64,000 nt of DNA from Azolla caroliniana (lineage: Eukaryota > Plantae > Polypodiophyta). The notes beneath the pieces are model-generated. The model was given only the letters and a program-made list of their open reading frames with translations, did no database searches and was not told where the DNA came from. A program made the translations under genes and the position numbers. Below, piece by piece: positions 38,885-51,500 of the stretch. Each line of letters opens with the position of its first letter. Position 1 is the stretch's first letter. The stretch spans positions 7,378,001 to 7,442,000 of the forward strand of contig JBHGNT010000018.1 in assembly GCA_043228905.1 (NCBI GenBank). Reading direction: 5' to 3'.

Positions 38885-39157
38885 CCGTGGAGGTGGTTTA
38901 GTTCGACGACACCCTTGGGGAGATCGAGAAGGTGATCAAGGGAGGCCTGAGTGTAGACTGGACGATTCCGGTCATTTCAGTTGACATGTATCGGGAAATC
39001 GAGTTTGGACAGATGGTCGAGGCGGGTCAGACCACCAACGTTAGCACCATGTACAAGACTATGGACCGGAAGTTAAGGCCAGTCACAGCACCCTTACCAG
39101 AGGATAACTGGGAACAGATAAAGGGGGTCGCAACCAACCCAAGTTTGCGAGACCTGC

Positions 39158-40294
39158 TGTCGTGAAGATCCATCACTACACGCAGATTGTGAGGCGGAAC
39201 CGTCGGGGTCCTGGACCGGAAGGATTCGAAGTTTGTACTAGTTTAGCGAAAAAGTATTTAAGATAGATTGGGAGAGAGAGAGCTTGAGATAAGATAGAAT
39301 GCTTGACTTTAGATTGAGAGATAAAAATGGAATGATGAATTTTCTTCCTCTTAATTTCTTGATTAATACACCAATTGGATAACGAATTTTCTTCTTAATA
39401 TTAATTTTGATATAAAGTACAAAGCTTGCTTGATCCAAAAATCCCCCTTTTGCTTAATTCCTTCACTCTTTTATAGATGCCCCCATGCATATGGCGCATG
39501 TGAGGGTGCAAGACATGCACGGAGTGCATGCTTGCCATGTCATCATCTAAGCTCTCACACATGAGAATTTACATGTAAAGCTATAATGATAAAAATATAA
39601 TTCTTAAAGAAATGGTTTGGCTTAATGGTAAGCCTATTGCTTCTTATATTGGAGGTGTTAAGTTCGAGTCTTTCTTACATCTTTTTCTTTTATGCACAAA
39701 ATACTATTAGGCTTTTGGATCAAATATCTTTAAGACACCATGCACCGCGATCAACCGACCCGACCAATCCGTCCGATTTGCATCCGTTTGGTTCGGCCCA
39801 GTCCGCATCCCGAGTCGCCTGCCGGTCACCGGCTCACCAGCTCCGTCACCTGATGCCACGGCTCACTGGCTCCATCGCCAGTTGCCGCTGGTTCGCCAGC
39901 TCCGATTGCCGCCGGTTTTGGTTGGCCAAAACTTTTACAAGTAATTAGGCCACACCCACTTAACTAATTACTTTAGTTCAAGTCACAAAGATAATAGCTT
40001 TTGCTCTACGTTATATATGGTTTGATCTTTATTTGTTCTGTCTATGTGGGATCTCTCATAGTTTTATCTTTCTCTTTTCCTTTGCAAACTTCCTATCCTC
40101 ATAACTTGAGACTTACATGTCTGTTTCTTATGTAGTAAAGTGCATTCGAAAGCTCTTGAAGACCTCTGTCTTTTTGAACTAAGATATTAAACTTATTTAA
40201 AATAGTATTTTCACTATTATTGTTTTATATGTTTCATACTCGATTTCGTATGTTTTACGTGATTTTCACACCATTGCCGAAAATCTTCACGACA
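39158..40294 (-). mobile_element. Solo LTR, family X
   Basis: 12-bp terminal inverted TGTCGTGAAGAT/ATCTTCACGACA; 4-bp TSD CTGC/CCGC; removal restores host RDPHNIGH. Confidence 0.8.
39613..39690 (+). promoter_or_regulatory. tRNA-like A-box/B-box cassette with downstream T-run inside LTR X
   Basis: TGGCTTAATGGTAAG...TGGAGGTG..AGTTCGAGTC...TTTTT. Confidence 0.6.
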
Positions 40295-41689
40295 CCGCAC
40301 AACATAGGGCACCAGTTTTTCGAGAAGATGTTACGGACGCTCAAAATCGGTGGGGGTGGCTTCCTACAACCCGCGGAGTAGGACCGATTCCATGGACGAT
40401 CAAGAGTCATAGGAGGGCTTTCACATTCTTGCTAGAGAAGATCGAGTGCGTCGACCCATCCATCATTGAGCCGATGGTGATATTCACGATACCCCATGTA
40501 CTATAGAACCTTAAACCGATTCAGGTACTAAGAGCTCACATCCCGAAACTAATGGAGCTACTTAAGGAGAAGGTCGATAAGGGGATCTTTGAACTATTGA
40601 GCGCCCCTTATTTGAATAGGTGGCTACGGTGCCGAAGAAGAAAGGCACATCCCCCTAAACCCATCATTAGAGTGACAATTCGAAATGCAAGGGTCAGGCC
40701 GATCATCAACGAATTTGCAAAGTCCTTCACTAGAAGGTGGATCTACTCGGTCGGTGACAGGGTATGACCAATTCCAACTAGTCGTCGAAAGCAGGGACAT
40801 TATGACGATGCGAACCCCTTTCGGCTTAGTTCGGATGTGTACCCTGCCGCAAGGAGGAACAAACTCGGTGGCACACATGGTAAATGCAATGAATAAGGTA
40901 CTGAGGGATTGCATCCCAGACATCAGCATGCCATTCTAGAGGACATGAAGGACGAGACAATCGGGGAAGATGGGTGCCAGAAGTTCGTGGCCGACCACAT
41001 TTTCGACAGTGGGAAGATATTAGAGAGGTTGGAGGGACCGCGGCTTACCTTCTCTGGGGAGAAGTCGGCATTTGGGGACAGTCGGAGATTTTGGTGGTCA
41101 GGTACCTATCCACTCAGGCGTCGTTTGGGTTTCGGTCGACGTGACGAGTTCAACTCTTGTCACTCGAAATGTTTCACTATACGATGTTACTTCACGCTCA
41201 ACGGCCAGAATTAAAATCCAAAAAATCTGTCGCAATCCTTGTGACAAAGCCTTTGTATCAATATGACAAGTTTCTCGGCAAGACGGTTCGATGATCTGTT
41301 ATACACTAATTTCACCAAATTCACATAACTTTGTGTCCCAAGATCAGAATTCCGAACCAAAATATCTTACATGATCCTAGGGATGAAGCCTTCATATTAG
41401 ATATTCAAACAATGATTTGAAAAGAAAGAGAGAAAAAAATAATTATATTAAAATTTTGTGACCAATAATAAGTTTATGAGGGTAAGTACAACTCGACTTC
41501 ATGATGAAACCTTCTTATTAGACATTCAAACAATAATTCTTGACTCTGTTACAAGGAGTGAACATGATATAGAACAAGGATAGGGGTAAACAGAGATGAT
41601 AAGATCACGTGTAGAGCTTAAAGGGAATATCCTCAAGTTTTGGTAAGATGGCCACAACCCATAAAATGTGTTTGGTAGTTAATTAGTAG

Positions 41690-42020
41690 TTAGTTTATCA
41701 TTATATTATCATCCCCTTTTTCCTTAAAATATTGTATTGAATTTAGGTTTTTCTATTTAATTCTCTCTCTCTCTCTCTCTCATCCATTACGAAATTAATA
41801 GAATAATGATAGGCTATTTTTATAGATTGTAAGCCATGATGAGCTATAGTGTTAATTTATAGTTTATAGTAAATATTGATCATTGTATTATCATCCGCTT
41901 TTTCTAATATATTGTCTTGAGATTAGGTTTTTGTATTTATTCTCTCTCTCATCCATTCAAAATTGATAGAATAATGATAGGTTATTTTCATAGATTGTAA
42001 GCCACGATGAATTGAAGGGT
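41690..42020. repeat. About 180-bp tandem duplication, AT-rich
   Basis: CATT(A/G)TATTATCATCC...ATAGATTGTAAGCCA occurs twice. Confidence 0.8.
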
Positions 42021-42279
42021 TTTGTTCCAATATGGATGCATGGGTGTTATTCTTAACATTCATAAAGTTTTCAAACTATATTTGTCCTTGGGGGACAATA
42101 GTAAAATCTCTCTCTCTCTCTCTCTCCATACACGAAACACTCCAAGCAGAGAAAATGGTGCGAAGACGGGAGGGGTACAAATGAGCGGTAGCAGAGATCC
42201 AAATGATAGATCATTTTCCTGAAGTATTTGGTGGATAACCGAATGACCGTTTTTGTCACACAACCACAACAAAGGCAAG

Positions 42280-42662
42280 AGCGGCACAAACTAGCCTTGC
42301 AGACACCGAATCAACCTTACAAACATTAGTGGCACAAGAAAATGATTCGACCACATTCTCCGGTTTGGAGGAGAACTCTAGTAGTTCCAATTCGGGCAAA
42401 GACAAGTTCGACAACCGAAGTGTCTAGTCAGATTACCCATGACAAGGGAGAGACGAACCGGAAATCCTACGAACCAAGCAGGCAAGCCCAAGGGCTCAAG
42501 AAGATGATTCAATGGCATACCCTTACCCAAAGTACAATGACAAGCTGGAAGCAGAGGTGCACGTTCGCGATTTTCTTTCGACATGGCAGGTGAACCATGT
42601 CTGTCAACGGTTATCAAAGGCCAACACGAATGCGTCAAAAATTGAAGAATTTGGGTTATCGT
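42280..42662 (+). pseudogene. Gypsy gag N-terminal remnant
   Basis: YPYPKYND..AEVHVRDFLSTW..KIEEFGLSL resembles retrotransposon gag; cut by the LTR at 42663. Confidence 0.5.
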
Positions 42663-43038
42663 TGTGGGGTAGATATGTGCAGAAGAATGTGAGGACTTGT
42701 TGGTTATGTGTACAACAAACAACACACAGAGTATGACAGAAGAAATGATGGAAAGGTAGACACAGTTCAAGATCTAAAGGAAGCTCTCGTTATTCTATAA
42801 CTCTGCACACTAAGAATCAAGATACAAGAATTGGATTATCGTTACAATGTTAAGTTAGAGGTTATATACTAAGCCCTAACTATTTAGACGTGTATACACT
42901 TATGGATACAAAGTGGAAGGAGTCGGCCTTTTATGCCAACAAACTCCCCCATAAAAGGACAACTCTTTCTACATATAATTGTATGGGGTTATCTCCCTAG
43001 TAAACCTAGATTACATTTTAATCTAAAGTTATGGTTAC
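42663..43038 (-). mobile_element. 3' LTR (42663-42941) plus PPT of another LTR element, truncated
   Basis: TGTGG...GCCAACA followed by AACTCCCCC. Confidence 0.6.
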
Positions 43039-43487
43039 TGAAAAGAATTACATGTGGAAGCTTGTAGAAGTAACCGACTACACCTAATATCAACAGATAA
43101 CGTGCAAGTTTAATGGAAGCTTCACAAAACATACAGAGAGAGAGAGCGGGAGAGACAAAAAGAGCAGCGCAACATAAATTCAAATTACCAAAATATTACT
43201 CTATACATCGAATGTGCTTAGAGGGCACTTTTATACAAGTCCTTAAAGGACTCACATGTACTTCAATGCTTGTACGAGCGACTAACACTAACTCCAAGAA
43301 ATATGCCTACGTACTAGGCTAAGACCGTAGGCCTCTAATGGCCTACCAATTACTCTCTGATCCGGCTTTGGCTTATTCAGCCGATCCGGATTCAGTTGAG
43401 CTTGTCCAGTCAACACTCCCCCGCAAGCTCAACTTGAGGTCAGATCATGGTGTCAGTATCTGCCGGTCCTTTCCTCTAGCTCCTCAC

Positions 43488-43565
43488 TATCACAGACGGG
43501 TAGACCAAGACAAGGATAAGTAGGCGAGCTAAATATTAAGAGAGAGCGAATGATAGATATATATA

Positions 43566-43597
<32 letters not shown>

Positions 43598-46500
43598 TCA
43601 TAGACAAGAGAACAAGAGAGAGAGAAGGTAGACAAAAGAGCAAGAACTAAATTATGCTTCCGTAACTGGTGTTGTTCACCTTGATTGTAATCAAGGTGCA
43701 CCGAAGTATTTATACAAGAATGTGGTGGTATGCATGCAAGGTAGGAAACATCTAGAGAGTGCATGGAAACTTCTAGAGAGTGCATGAAGATGCATTCTCT
43801 ATAAGTTTCTTGAAAGTTCTAGTGATTAACATAGAATGTAATAAGTTGAAACTTATATAATATAATAATGCATAGATGGATGTAGCTCAATTAGTAAGGT
43901 TTCTCAATAAGACCAGGAGGTCATGGGTTCAACCCTCTACATCCATCGTGTCTATGACATTATCCTCCCTCTAAGGTCGCCTCCCAAAACTCGCGGCTGG
44001 CTTATGTGGGTATCGTTGATGAAAATCGTGAATGGCGTATGGACCATTTTGTAAATGTGTAATTGGTTCCCATGTGGGGTCCGAAATGGGCTAAGCTTTC
44101 CATAAGACCAAATATTGAAGTTGTCGACGACGATATCGAGAGTCGACGATTTGGTGAACCTCATATTCTTCGCTCGTCGCAATTCCATATGTGGCGGTGG
44201 AGGAGGTTGTCGTCCCAGAATTTGAGGTGGATGGTAGAGTTCGAGGAGAGAAATGTAAAAAACATTGTGAATCCTTAATATTGGAGGAAGTGCTAACCGG
44301 AAGGTGACTGGGTTGATTCACTCGATGATACAAAAAGGGCCTAGTCTTTTGTAGTCCAATTTTGCACAAGAGCGTGTGGTGGTGATGTGGCGACGTAACA
44401 ACCAAACCATGTCCTTGACTGCAAACATCGGTGCAGCCAAGCGATGTCGGTCCGCTTGATCTTTATATTGGTCGCTAGCGACACAGAGCTCCAAGGAGAG
44501 ATCACGATGGACATCATGTAAAGCGCGGGCACATGTCTCTGTCGATGGATTGAGCGAAGTTGTACGTATGGAAATGCTGAAACGAGGGTGAAATACATTG
44601 TTTGTAAAGAAGGGGGAAACCTTAGTCGAAGCATGGATACTATTATTGTAGGAAAATTCTACCATTGCAAGGAAGCCCACCCAATCCTCTTGTTGGTAGC
44701 TCATGGTACAACGAAGGTATTGTTTGAGGATTTGGTTGACTTGTTCCGTTTGTCCATCAGTTTGAAGATGGTATGTTGAGGACAAGTTTACAAAAGTCCC
44801 AAATGTTTGTAGAAGTCTTCACCAAAATTGGGAAATGAACTGAGAACCTCGATCAGAGGTGATATCCTCGAGTAAGCCAGGTAATCGGACAACATTTTTA
44901 AGAAAAAGGTCAACTGTCTCTTCCCTAGAAATGGTTTTGGAACATGGGACAAAGTGAGCCATCTTCGACAATTACTAGCACCATGTCATGGCCACCAACT
45001 AGAGGGAGGTCGGTGATAAAGTCCATGGATAGAGAGAACCATCATCGACTTGGAATGGGGAGTCTGTGGAGAAGACCATATGGTTGATGGTGCAGCATTT
45101 TGAACCGAGCACATACATCACATGTCTTGATAAATTCCTTAACAAATTTCCAAGGTTGGGGCCACCAAAAACTCTTGAGATAGCAATTCCAGGGTTTTCG
45201 TGACCCCAAAGTGGCCGGCAAGAGGATCATCATGACAATTTTGTAGTACCCGTGTCCGACATGATCCTTCGAGAACGTACAAGAGATGATTATGATATAG
45301 TAACCCATCCCGGGTTGTAAATTGGTTGAGATATGAGCTTTTCATGCTTGGAGATGGGTCATTGATGCGGGCTATGATTTCTTTAGTGAATGGGTCTAAC
45401 GTGGTTACCATGGCAATCTCATTGAGCAAAGAATCATCATGCAACATGCAGGTGGCAAACATCTGAAGTTGATCGGACCGCAACAAACAATGGGATTGTT
45501 GTGAATATGCGTCATCTCTTGGGCACAATGCAAAATCAGGACACTGAGAGAGGGCATCAGCTTTCCCATGTTGAACTCCAGGTCAAAACAAGATCTAAAA
45601 GTCGTAGTCGACAAGAAAAGATGACCATCGGGCTTGCCTCTGATTCAATCTACGACTGGTGGTGAAGTAAATTAGATTTTTGTGGCCGGTCAGCACCTGG
45701 ATTCGATGTTGGGCCCCATCCAAATAGGATTGTCACTCGGTGAAGGAAGATATGATTGCTGCAAGCTCCTTGTCGTAGAATGGATAATTGATTTCCATGG
45801 CGGAAAACTTCTGAGAGTAGAGTGCAATAGGATGTAGTGTGCCCTCATCGTCTGGTTGGGACAGGACAACTCCAATGGCAAAGTTGGAGGCATCGGTTTC
45901 AACTTGGAAGGGCCTTGTGGGGTCGGGGTGGACCAACACTGGGGTTGTGAGGAAAGCTGCCTTGAGGGCATCAACAGCACTTTGCGACGCAGGGGTCCAA
46001 AGAAATGGAGTATCTTTTCTAGTAAGGATGATTAGAGGTTGCACTAAAGAGGAAAAACCATTGATAAAAATTTCCAAAACCGAGAAATGATTGTACCTCT
46101 TTCAACCGAGTAGGGACAGGCCAATCGGTTATTGCCGCTACCTTGCATGCATCCATTATGATCCCGGAGAGTGAAATCACATAGCCTAGGAATTCGACAG
46201 AGGTCCGATCGAATTCACATTTCTCACTTTTGGCATAAAGTCCATGTTCCCAAAGTTGGGATAGAACCAATCGGACGTGTCAGATGTGCTCCTCTATGTT
46301 GGAAGAAAAAACTAAAATGTCGTAAAGGTAGATCACCACGAAGTGATCAAGATACTCCCGAAATATATTGTTCATCATGTGTTGAAAAACCGTAAAGCCT
46401 CGAGTCCGTCGTTCCTCTTGCCGAAGCTCGAAAAGATGATTATCACATTGAATGGCTTGGGAGATTACCTGGGACAATGATGTGGTCTCCGGAAAGTTTA

Positions 46501-47590
46501 AGAGAAGATTCTTGACATCATATCTGAGGCCTCGACGAAACAAGTCGCATAAAGCTTGGTCATCCCAACTGACATCACACGCGATCTAACAAAACTCTGA
46601 AGCATAGGCAGAAGTTGGATGAGAGCCCTGTTGTAAGGAATAGAGTTTCGTGAGTGTCGTTCATCGTTGATCTGTCTCTCCGAATGTGGCTTCAAGCTCC
46701 ACAAGGAAGGCAGGAAAGTTGTCTAAGAGTGGAGATGAGGTCTCGATCAACGGTGCAAACCACACTTGTGCCGGCCCCGAGAGAAGGGTGCCAACGAGGC
46801 CGACCTGAGAGAAATCACTAGCAGAACGTTGGGGTTGTAAGCGGATGATAAGCCAAATTTGATTGATGAACCCACGAAGATGCGCCCTCGAGCCGTTGAA
46901 TTTGTCAAGTAGGCTGACATTAGGTTCGAGGACATATGAATGGGAAGAGGACGGGGTTGGGTTAGGTGTTAACGGAAGGTGAGGCTCAACTGGTGGAGGG
47001 TTGTTGGCTGTGCTATTTTGAAGCTCCCGTAATTATTGCCGAAGGCTTTCATTTTCTAATTCAAGTTGTTCCAAGGCTTCCATTACTTGGCATAAGGCCG
47101 AGTTGGATATGGTAACAAGAAGGGAAGATGAACAAATTGTCATAGACGGGTAGACCAGGACAGGGATAAGTAGGTGAGCTAAATATTAAGAGAGAGCGAA
47201 AGATAGATATATAGATAGAAAGAGAGCATAGACAAGAGAACAAGAGAGAGAGAGAAGGTAGACAAAAGAGCAAGAACTAAGTTATGTTTCCATAACTAGT
47301 GTTGTTCACCTTGATTGTAATCAAGGTGCACCAAAGTATTTATAAAAGAATGTGGTGGTATTCATGCAAGGTAGGAAACATCTAGAGAGTGCATGGAAAC
47401 TTCTAGAGAATGCATGAAGATGCATTCTCTAGAAGTTTCTTGAAAGTTCTAGTGATTAACATAGAATGTAATAAGTTGAAACTTATACAATACAATAATG
47501 CATACATGGATGTAGCTCAATTGGTAAGCTTGCCCAATAAGACCAGGAGGTCATGGGTTCAACCCCCTACATTCCATAGTGTCTATGACA
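43488..47590 (-). mobile_element. Chromovirus-type Ty3/Gypsy copy C (second family), protease and RT N-terminus deleted
   Basis: LTRs 43488-43959 and 47138-47590; TSD CTCAC/CTTGC (both derivable from CTCGC); gag fused to RT near 46395; RNase H VETDASN, integrase, chromodomain EEYEVHQIVDSR..QYLVLWK. Confidence 0.93.
43875..43947 (+). promoter_or_regulatory. tRNA-like cassette in the copy C LTR (also about 47508-47577)
   Basis: GGATGTAGCTCAATT(A/G)GT...GGGTTCAACCC..CTACATCCA; terminal stem GATGGATGTAG/CTACATCCATC. Confidence 0.65.
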
Positions 47591-48397
47591 CTTGCTAGCT
47601 CATGCTCCTCGACCTGTCCTGTCCCGCTTTCCACGATCCATTCGGTTCCGCGCACCTTGACCTTCTCGGTCGACTTGTCTACTCATAAGGCCCATCTCAA
47701 TGCCTTCTTTGTTGTGACTTCGGCGATTCTCGACCGGTCAATTCTTCCATGTCGGTGTCGACTTCCGCTGCCTTCTTGTCTGTTTGTCGTTCTATTGATT
47801 TGGCTCCACCAAATAGAACTTCTCTTCCAAATCAGTTGCCTCTGATTTATTCCAGCTCTTGTCTGAATTGGTTGTCTCCAATTCCTCTTTAACCTTCAGG
47901 CCCTTCACCACATCGGACCATGTCCGGGTCTTGGCCTTCTTCTTCCGGTCAGCTCTGTCCTTCTTGACGCTACCGCCATCGCCACTTGTTCTGACTTGTT
48001 CAGATTTGGCTACATTTTCATCCTTGTCTCCCCTATTTCGATTTCCTTCTCTCCAACTTCTTTTCCTAACTTACCTATTTTCCCAATTTCTGTTCCGGTT
48101 CTCCCCCTCAAGTGTGGCATGTCGAGATGCTGAAGCCCAAGCATCTCCGAAAAATGTGGCAAATTTTCGATTCCGAGTGGCTTGCTGAAGATGTCGGCAA
48201 CCTACCGATACGTCCCGACATACCGGAGTTCGACTTCACCGTTGAGGACCCGCTCGCGCACAAAGTGATAATGCACTTCTATGAGCTTTGTCCGAGCATG
48301 GAACACATAGTTCTTGGACAATTGCATACTACTCATATTGTCGTAGTAGGATCGAGATCGGAGTCAGTACATCGATACGGAGGTCTTGCAGTTGTCA

Positions 48398-48465
48398 TGA
48401 TATGGCAAGACTCGAACCCCTGACCTTATGTTACATGGGTCGAGCTCTTGACCATTACACTATCT
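48398..48465 (-). promoter_or_regulatory. tRNA-like A-box/B-box cassette at the start of U3 (also 19541-19610 and 53540-53607)
   Basis: Minus strand TAGTGTAATGGT...GGGGTTCGAGTC with tRNA-like spacing. Confidence 0.65.
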
Positions 48466-48538
48466 ATTGTACTACGTAGGATATTATTTTTATTTAAGTT
48501 TTACTATAGAAATTTAATGCATATTCCAGATTTCTCTA

Positions 48539-48556
48539 GAACATTCTAGAAGCTTC
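48539..48556. promoter_or_regulatory. 4-unit heat-shock element about 20 bp upstream of the LTR TATA box
   Basis: GAAcaTTCtaGAAgcTTC; equivalents at 19683-19700, 53680-53697 and 47432-47449. Confidence 0.75.
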
Positions 48557-51500
48557 AGGACTACTCCCGAGATCACTATAAAAGGAGGTACAAGGCATTA
48601 TTTCGAACCAAATCGGTTCAACGCCAGTCTTAAGCCTCCTTGCCTTCCTTCTACATTCTTCTCACATAATATATCGTTGTCATCATCATTTTCTCTCCCT
48701 CCATCTCTCTCTCTCACTCACTCTCTCTCTCTCTCTCCTTCTCTCAAGTGTTCTACACCCTCTATTCCTCTTAGTACTAATTTCTTCTCTGTCTCATTAC
48801 TATTCCTGACAGTTTGAACCGATTTTCCCTCCTTTCCTCCTCTTCCTTTTATCTTCTTACATATCCCCTTTTCTTTGGTCTTCTTTCCAGTTTCCCTCAG
48901 CTTCTTACCCCTTTTTTCCCTTCATACTAATCCTCTTATCCTCCCTAGTAAAATGGAAATTGTTAGCGCTAAGGAATACCAATTTGTTTTCTCGGAGCTC
49001 CAGTGCTTAAAAGAGAAATTTTGTAGCACTAGAACAAGAAAATCATCGTTTGTTGGGGGATCCTCAACAAATAGCGCTAGAAAAACAACAACACGTGGAG
49101 CTGACATTACGTGTACAACTTGAAGAGACTATTGTATCACTACAACAACAAGGATCAAGCACTCACGGGACTCACAAAGAACCCAAGATCGGTCTTCCTG
49201 CAAAATTTGATGGGACTCGTGATGCATCCTTCTCGATATCCCACCAATGCATCACGAGTGGAACTAGTAGGCACTCTACTTAGTGGCTCAACATTGGCAT
49301 GGTTCGTTCTGTTAAGAATTTATAAGCAAGTTTAAAGCCTATTTTGGAGATACTGACAGCATAAGGACAACAATCAACAAAATCCGACGATTACGCCAAG
49401 GTGATCATCACGCCTCCACATACGTTGCAGATTTTCGCCTACTCACCACCGATATTCCTTGGGATGATCAAGCATTGATGGAGCAATTTCATTATGTTTT
49501 ACGGAACGATGTCAAGGATTTACTCTTGACCTTCCCCGAAGAACCAAAGTCATTAACAGAAGCAATCAGTTGCGTGGTCAGATGCGACAACTGCCTTTTC
49601 AAACGACGTTCCGAACGGCAATTCCAGATGTCGAGGGCAAGATCAGAGCCCACCTAAACCTTAGTGGTAGCGAAACCTTTTCCGAGGGAGTCATATAATG
49701 CGTTTCCAGTGAATACTCCGACTCCGATGGAGATTGACACTACACGTCGTCGTGGACCATTATTGGAAGAAGAAAAGCAACGACGTCGAGCAAATCGACT
49801 ATGTCTTTATTGCGGTGGACCAAGGCATATTGTAGTAAATTGTCCCCATAGGCCAAGAAGATAGGTAAAGCAAATAGTTGATAGTTCTAATTGTACTAAA
49901 CCTGAGTCTATTTCAGTAGGAATATCTGATAGTCCTAATAGTACTAATAGCTAAAATCTAGCGAACAAATTTGATGTCCTTAGTCAGTTAGAAGAAGAGT
50001 TAAACGACTAAGTCCAGCCCAAATAGGAGCCATTTAGTTGGACAGACCTAGATATGTGCAGCCCATTAGTGGTTCCATTCCCTCTAAGCAAGTTAGCAAT
50101 GTGTTCGTAGCCCAAGTAACAGTTAGTAATAAAAGTACCCCTCCAGTACATATCTTAGCACTTCTAGATTCCGAAGCTAATTCTTGCTTCATGGATAGGA
50201 ATTTTTCCCAAGCTCATCAGATATCTCTCAGAAAACTCCTGTGTCCAGCCTCTATAGTAGTCATTGATGGTCGTTGCATTGCTTCCAGAAATATCATAGA
50301 AGAGTTAGAGGGCATTAATATTGTCCTAGATAATCTAGCGTGTGTAATATCATTTAATATAATTAGTATCCCAGAACATCCCATTGTTTTAGGATTACCA
50401 TGGTTCGAATTACATAACCCAGACATAGATTGGAGAACAAGAGAAATCCTGTATCGACAAGACCGAGGATCTACTCAAGATTGCAACCATTTCGCTACAT
50501 CAGTTCCAGGGAGAAGGACGCAAGGAAGAAATGTTTCTCTTCGCAATATCACCAAAACCCTCCGACACCACTAAAGAGGAGTCCACCATTCAACTTCCAA
50601 CAAAGCATCATCATTATGCCGATGTGTGCGATAAAGTACAAACCAATAGGGTTCCTCACCATCGACCGTATGATTGCCCCATCGATTTACAACCGAGAAA
50701 AGAGCCACCATGGGGACCGATCTACAATTTGTCCCCAACCGAGCTAGAATTCCTTCGAGCCTATATAGAGGAGAATTTGGAAAATAGTTTCATTCGACAC
50801 TCGAAATCTCCAGCCGTTGGAGATGGATCAATTCGTCTCGTTGTAGATTACCGTGGCTTGAATAAGGTTACCATCAAAAATACATATGCATTTCCCCTTA
50901 TCTCAAGTCTTTTAGAACGGATCAATGGTGCAAGGTTCTTCACGAAGAGTGACTTACGGGGAGGGGAGAATATAACCTCGTACAGATCCGACCAGGAGAT
51001 GAATGGAAGACTGTGTTTCGCACCAGATATGGGCACTTCAACTATACAATCATGTTGTTCGTCCTTACTAATGCGCCAACAGTCTTCCAGCACATGACAA
51101 ATGATATATTCCGAAATCTCTTGGATGTTTGTTTGATCATCTATTTGGATGATCTACTGGTTTATTCAAAGACCCAAGAAGAGCATGATTCTCATGTACT
51201 GTTAGTACTAAAACGACTTGGAGAACATGGTCTTTATGCAAAGCTGGAAAAATGTAGTTTCGGGTGCAACCAGGTGGAATTTTTGGGCTATGTCATCTCC
51301 TCGGAAGGCATCTCCATGGATCCAGCTAAGGTCAAAATGGCGGTAGAGTGGCAAACTCCACGTTCGTTGCGAGATGTGCAATACTTTTTAGGCTTTGCCA
51401 ATTTCTACCACAAGTTTATACAGGATTACTCAAAGCTTGTTCTGCCTCTCACACAACTTACTAAGAAGGGACAATCATTCGTTTGGTCTAAAGAAGCGGA

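Larger units (their letters stand above)
23936..41100 (+). mobile_element. Gypsy family Y copy, degenerate, in pieces at about 23936-24999, 32161-34332, 38198-38315, 38885-39157 and 40295-41100
   Basis: Host sequence is continuous across TSD-bounded inserts; gag (GWFNGREIM..YLEAY), EFTLQEVLGIAKKEF, RT TPFGLVRMCTLPQGGTNSV; left boundary uncertain. Confidence 0.7.
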
